In this document: positions 35,931 through 38,019 of the stretch, piece by piece | Position numbering within the stretch: position 1 is the first letter of the stretch | Layout of the letters: each line of letters begins with the position of its first letter | Assembly (NCBI GenBank): GCA_034723395.1 | Contig: JAYEOW010000031.1 | Coordinates: forward strand, 1-38,019 | Reading direction: 5' to 3' | Length of the DNA: 38,019 nucleotides | Source of the DNA: Candidatus Margulisiibacteriota bacterium | GTDB taxonomy: Bacteria > Margulisbacteria > WOR-1 > O2-12-FULL-45-9 | The notes under the pieces: generated by a model | What the model was told of the DNA's origin: nothing | Seen by the model: only the letters and a program-made list of their open reading frames with translations | The model's database searches: none | Translations under genes and position numbers: made by a program

Positions 35931-37431
35931 TAAATCTATACCTTAGTATCTCCGGATCGGATTCATCTACTTTGATCATGGTGTAGGGGAGGAATACGTT
36001 GGTGTCGGTTTCGCGCACATGTAAGTTTTCCAGTTTAACTTCAAGATGGACATCAGCCGGGATGATCTTAAGGTCCCCGCCGCGGCTGATCCCGATCGGC
36101 TGCGCCCAATTTTCAATGATATGGCTGATGATCTCGCGCTTGCCGGAAAACTCTTCTCCAAATTCGGTAAGGATAGCCAGTAGCGGTTTCCCCAGCCGCG
36201 CCTCTTTTAAGAGGTTAATACAACCAATCATTCCCAAGTGCTGATTGAGGAATTTTCCCTCCTCTTTTTCGACCGATCCGATATTAAGCAGGAGGACCTG
36301 CGCGTCTTTGTATTCGTTGCCAATTCCCTCCTCATAGCGGGTATCACCGGTTATCCCGATATTTAATTTACCGCCATTCTTAATGTCGGGGATGTTGGTA
36401 TGGATCACTAATCCAATCGCAGATTCCTGGTTGGTCCAGCGCTCGGTGTGATGAGCAGGTTTGATCGATAGGGTAAATCCCAGCTTTTCCTTTAACGGCA
36501 CGCCTTCGATCTCGGTGATCTCCGCGCCAGGGACCAATAACTTAAAATTTATCTCACGATTTCCAAAAAGATCGGTGGCTGACAGTAGACCGTGAAATTT
36601 TAATAAAACGCCAGCGGATCCAAAAATATCAATGACTTTACTTTTCCGTGATTCGTTGTGGTCATTATATTTTGCCAGGAGTGAAAGTATCCCCTCGACC
36701 GATTCGGTATGGTCATCATGATCATGTGTAATGATAATGGCGTCTATATCTGCGATCCCCAGGCCGAGATCTCTAAAAATGTTAAAAAAATCGTAGCCGG
36801 GATCGATCGCGATCCCTTTGGTATGCCCGTGGCTGTTCCTCAGCGTCAGGAAATATCCGCCTCCCTGGGAAATTCCCTGGGAAAAGAGGGGGGTAGCCGA
36901 ATTCCATTTATGAATGGTGCGTAATACGTTGGGCCCGACGGTTCGCTCAAGCGAACGCGGGATATTAAGATCGTGGATCAGGCGTGCGTGATTTTTTTTG
37001 ATAATTTCCCGGGTGGGGAAGAGGGTTTCTTCCATGTAGGCGAGGGCGCGCGAGGACGCCCCGTTAACTTTCTTGGTGTTGAAATCGTACTTTCGCGAGA
37101 CTTTGAAATCGTTATAAGCCTCCTTAAAACGCCCCTGCAGGAGATGGGCGATCCCCCTAAGGTAAGCAGGCTGGCCGATATCACCGTGCTCTTTTTGGCA
37201 CTTTTTAAAAAGGAGATCGTATATCTTTTCGGCTTCGGAGTAGAGGTTTTTATCGATGCAGGAGAAACCTAAGATGTTCCACTGCTCAATCGGCTCAGGA
37301 GGTAATTTGTGCAAAGTAGCCAGAAGCTCTTTAAAATTATTCTTTACCCACTCTTTTCCGAGATCATAATTTGAATGTTTTAGGTTATGCCAGCTCTTGG
37401 GCCGTTTTGCATCAAGAACATCCTGATACAT
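35923..37431 (-). CDS. TPR plus metallo-beta-lactamase-fold hydrolase
   Basis: TPR-like AYLRGIAHLLQGRFKEAYNDF; MBL motifs IAIDPG, ITHDHDDH, PAHH, ITGDT. Confidence 0.82.
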   Translation of the reverse strand: MYQDVLDAKRPKSWHNLKHSNYDLGKEWVKNNFKELLATLHKLPPEPIEQWNILGFSCIDKNLYSEAEKIYDLLFKKCQKEHGDIGQPAYLRGIAHLLQGRFKEAYNDFKVSRKYDFNTKKVNGASSRALAYMEETLFPTREIIKKNHARLIHDLNIPRSLERTVGPNVLRTIHKWNSATPLFSQGISQGGGYFLTLRNSHGHTKGIAIDPGYDFFNIFRDLGLGIADIDAIIITHDHDDHTESVEGILSLLAKYNDHNESRKSKVIDIFGSAGVLLKFHGLLSATDLFGNREINFKLLVPGAEITEIEGVPLKEKLGFTLSIKPAHHTERWTNQESAIGLVIHTNIPDIKNGGKLNIGITGDTRYEEGIGNEYKDAQVLLLNIGSVEKEEGKFLNQHLGMIGCINLLKEARLGKPLLAILTEFGEEFSGKREIISHIIENWAQPIGISRGGDLKIIPADVHLEVKLENLHVRETDTNVFLPYTMIKVDESDPEILRYRFNG

Positions 37432-38019
37432 CTAGATCTTCCAGGTTGCGCCGATGGTCTGGGTCCGGTTATAGATCCCGCCCATGATCGCGTAATCGAT
37501 GATAAAATCTCCTACGCCAAAACTCGCTCCGGCGGTTTTATTGTTATCTGACAGGCCAGCCCTAAGCGCGACCCCGTAGATCGGCCTGACCTCAAGGCCA
37601 TAGTGCATGGTTGGATCATTGCCGTATTGAGCGAAAATATTATGAACATCTGCCGCAATGGTTATCTGCTGGTAAGGGTTTAAGGAAACTCCTCCGTTGA
37701 CGGTCATTTGATAGCGGAAGGTCGATCCATTATCAAAATGGATATCGGTAGTAAGCATCTCTTTTACCGTCAACCCAAACATCAGTTTTTCGGAAAATCT
37801 CACTAATCCGCCAACGTCAAATCCGGCGCCGATCCCGCGCATATTCGGGGTGAAATTAGTGAGTTCTAGGTCGTAAATATTCAAATTTGCGCCAAGGGCA
37901 ACAATTTCTCCCCAGCCGGAGGCGATCGAAAATGTGTACCAGTTAGTGTTCTGGTTCAAGCTGTCGTTCCTGTCGGTCATCAAGCTGAAGCCGGCGGCAA
38001 ACTGCGCCTTGCCGGCAGG
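37432..38019 (-). CDS. Outer-membrane beta-barrel protein, PorV/UPF0164-like (5' end outside window)
   Basis: Amphipathic strands GAGFDVGGL, HYGLEV, ALRAG, IDYA and a terminal aromatic strand; the frame is open to the window edge. Confidence 0.6.
   Translation of the reverse strand, partial: PAGKAQFAAGFSLMTDRNDSLNQNTNWYTFSIASGWGEIVALGANLNIYDLELTNFTPNMRGIGAGFDVGGLVRFSEKLMFGLTVKEMLTTDIHFDNGSTFRYQMTVNGGVSLNPYQQITIAADVHNIFAQYGNDPTMHYGLEVRPIYGVALRAGLSDNNKTAGASFGVGDFIIDYAIMGGIYNRTQTIGATWKI

Overview
Bacterial chromosomal segment from a diderm organism: it carries ADP-heptose genes, an LptC/A-like protein and outer-membrane barrels. The gene style suggests an uncultured non-photosynthetic relative of Cyanobacteria such as Saganbacteria/Margulisbacteria, but that is inference only. 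The backbone is housekeeping: trxB, hldE, gmhB, gmhA, asd, cysE, cysS, serS, a trpG/pabA-like gene, a FemAB-like ligase, murE, mtnA and an ald-like gene. Most of these transcription units have a sigma70 -10 box only 6-10 nt before the start codon, so they look leaderless. Main discovery: eight orphan or accessory genes are scattered between the housekeeping genes. They are a nucleotidyltransferase, a 165-aa orphan, a 952-aa Pro/Arg-rich protein, an atypical sigma factor, a 259-aa orphan, a class III adenylate cyclase, a frameshifted CheD-like ORF and an 84-aa orphan. Each is preceded by the same bipartite motif, (A/G)CAAGTTT or TGAAATnn, then exactly 12 nt, then nn(C/G/A)GAT(A/G)(A/T), which resembles FliA/sigma28 promoters. 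Their products lack Sec signal peptides and most have basic, low-complexity N-termini. This points to a dispersed alternative-sigma regulon, possibly of exported effectors. Other notable items: an MNT-HEPN toxin-antitoxin module bounded by an exact 42-bp direct repeat of the gmhB 3' end; a hidden second sigma region-4 HTH in the +1 frame behind the sigma gene; a duplicated CsrA-like leader hairpin; a MurE with DDPH instead of DNPR next to a Fem ligase; and several REP/BoxC-like and heptamer palindromic repeats. No rRNA, tRNA, CRISPR array, integrase or transposase was recognised.
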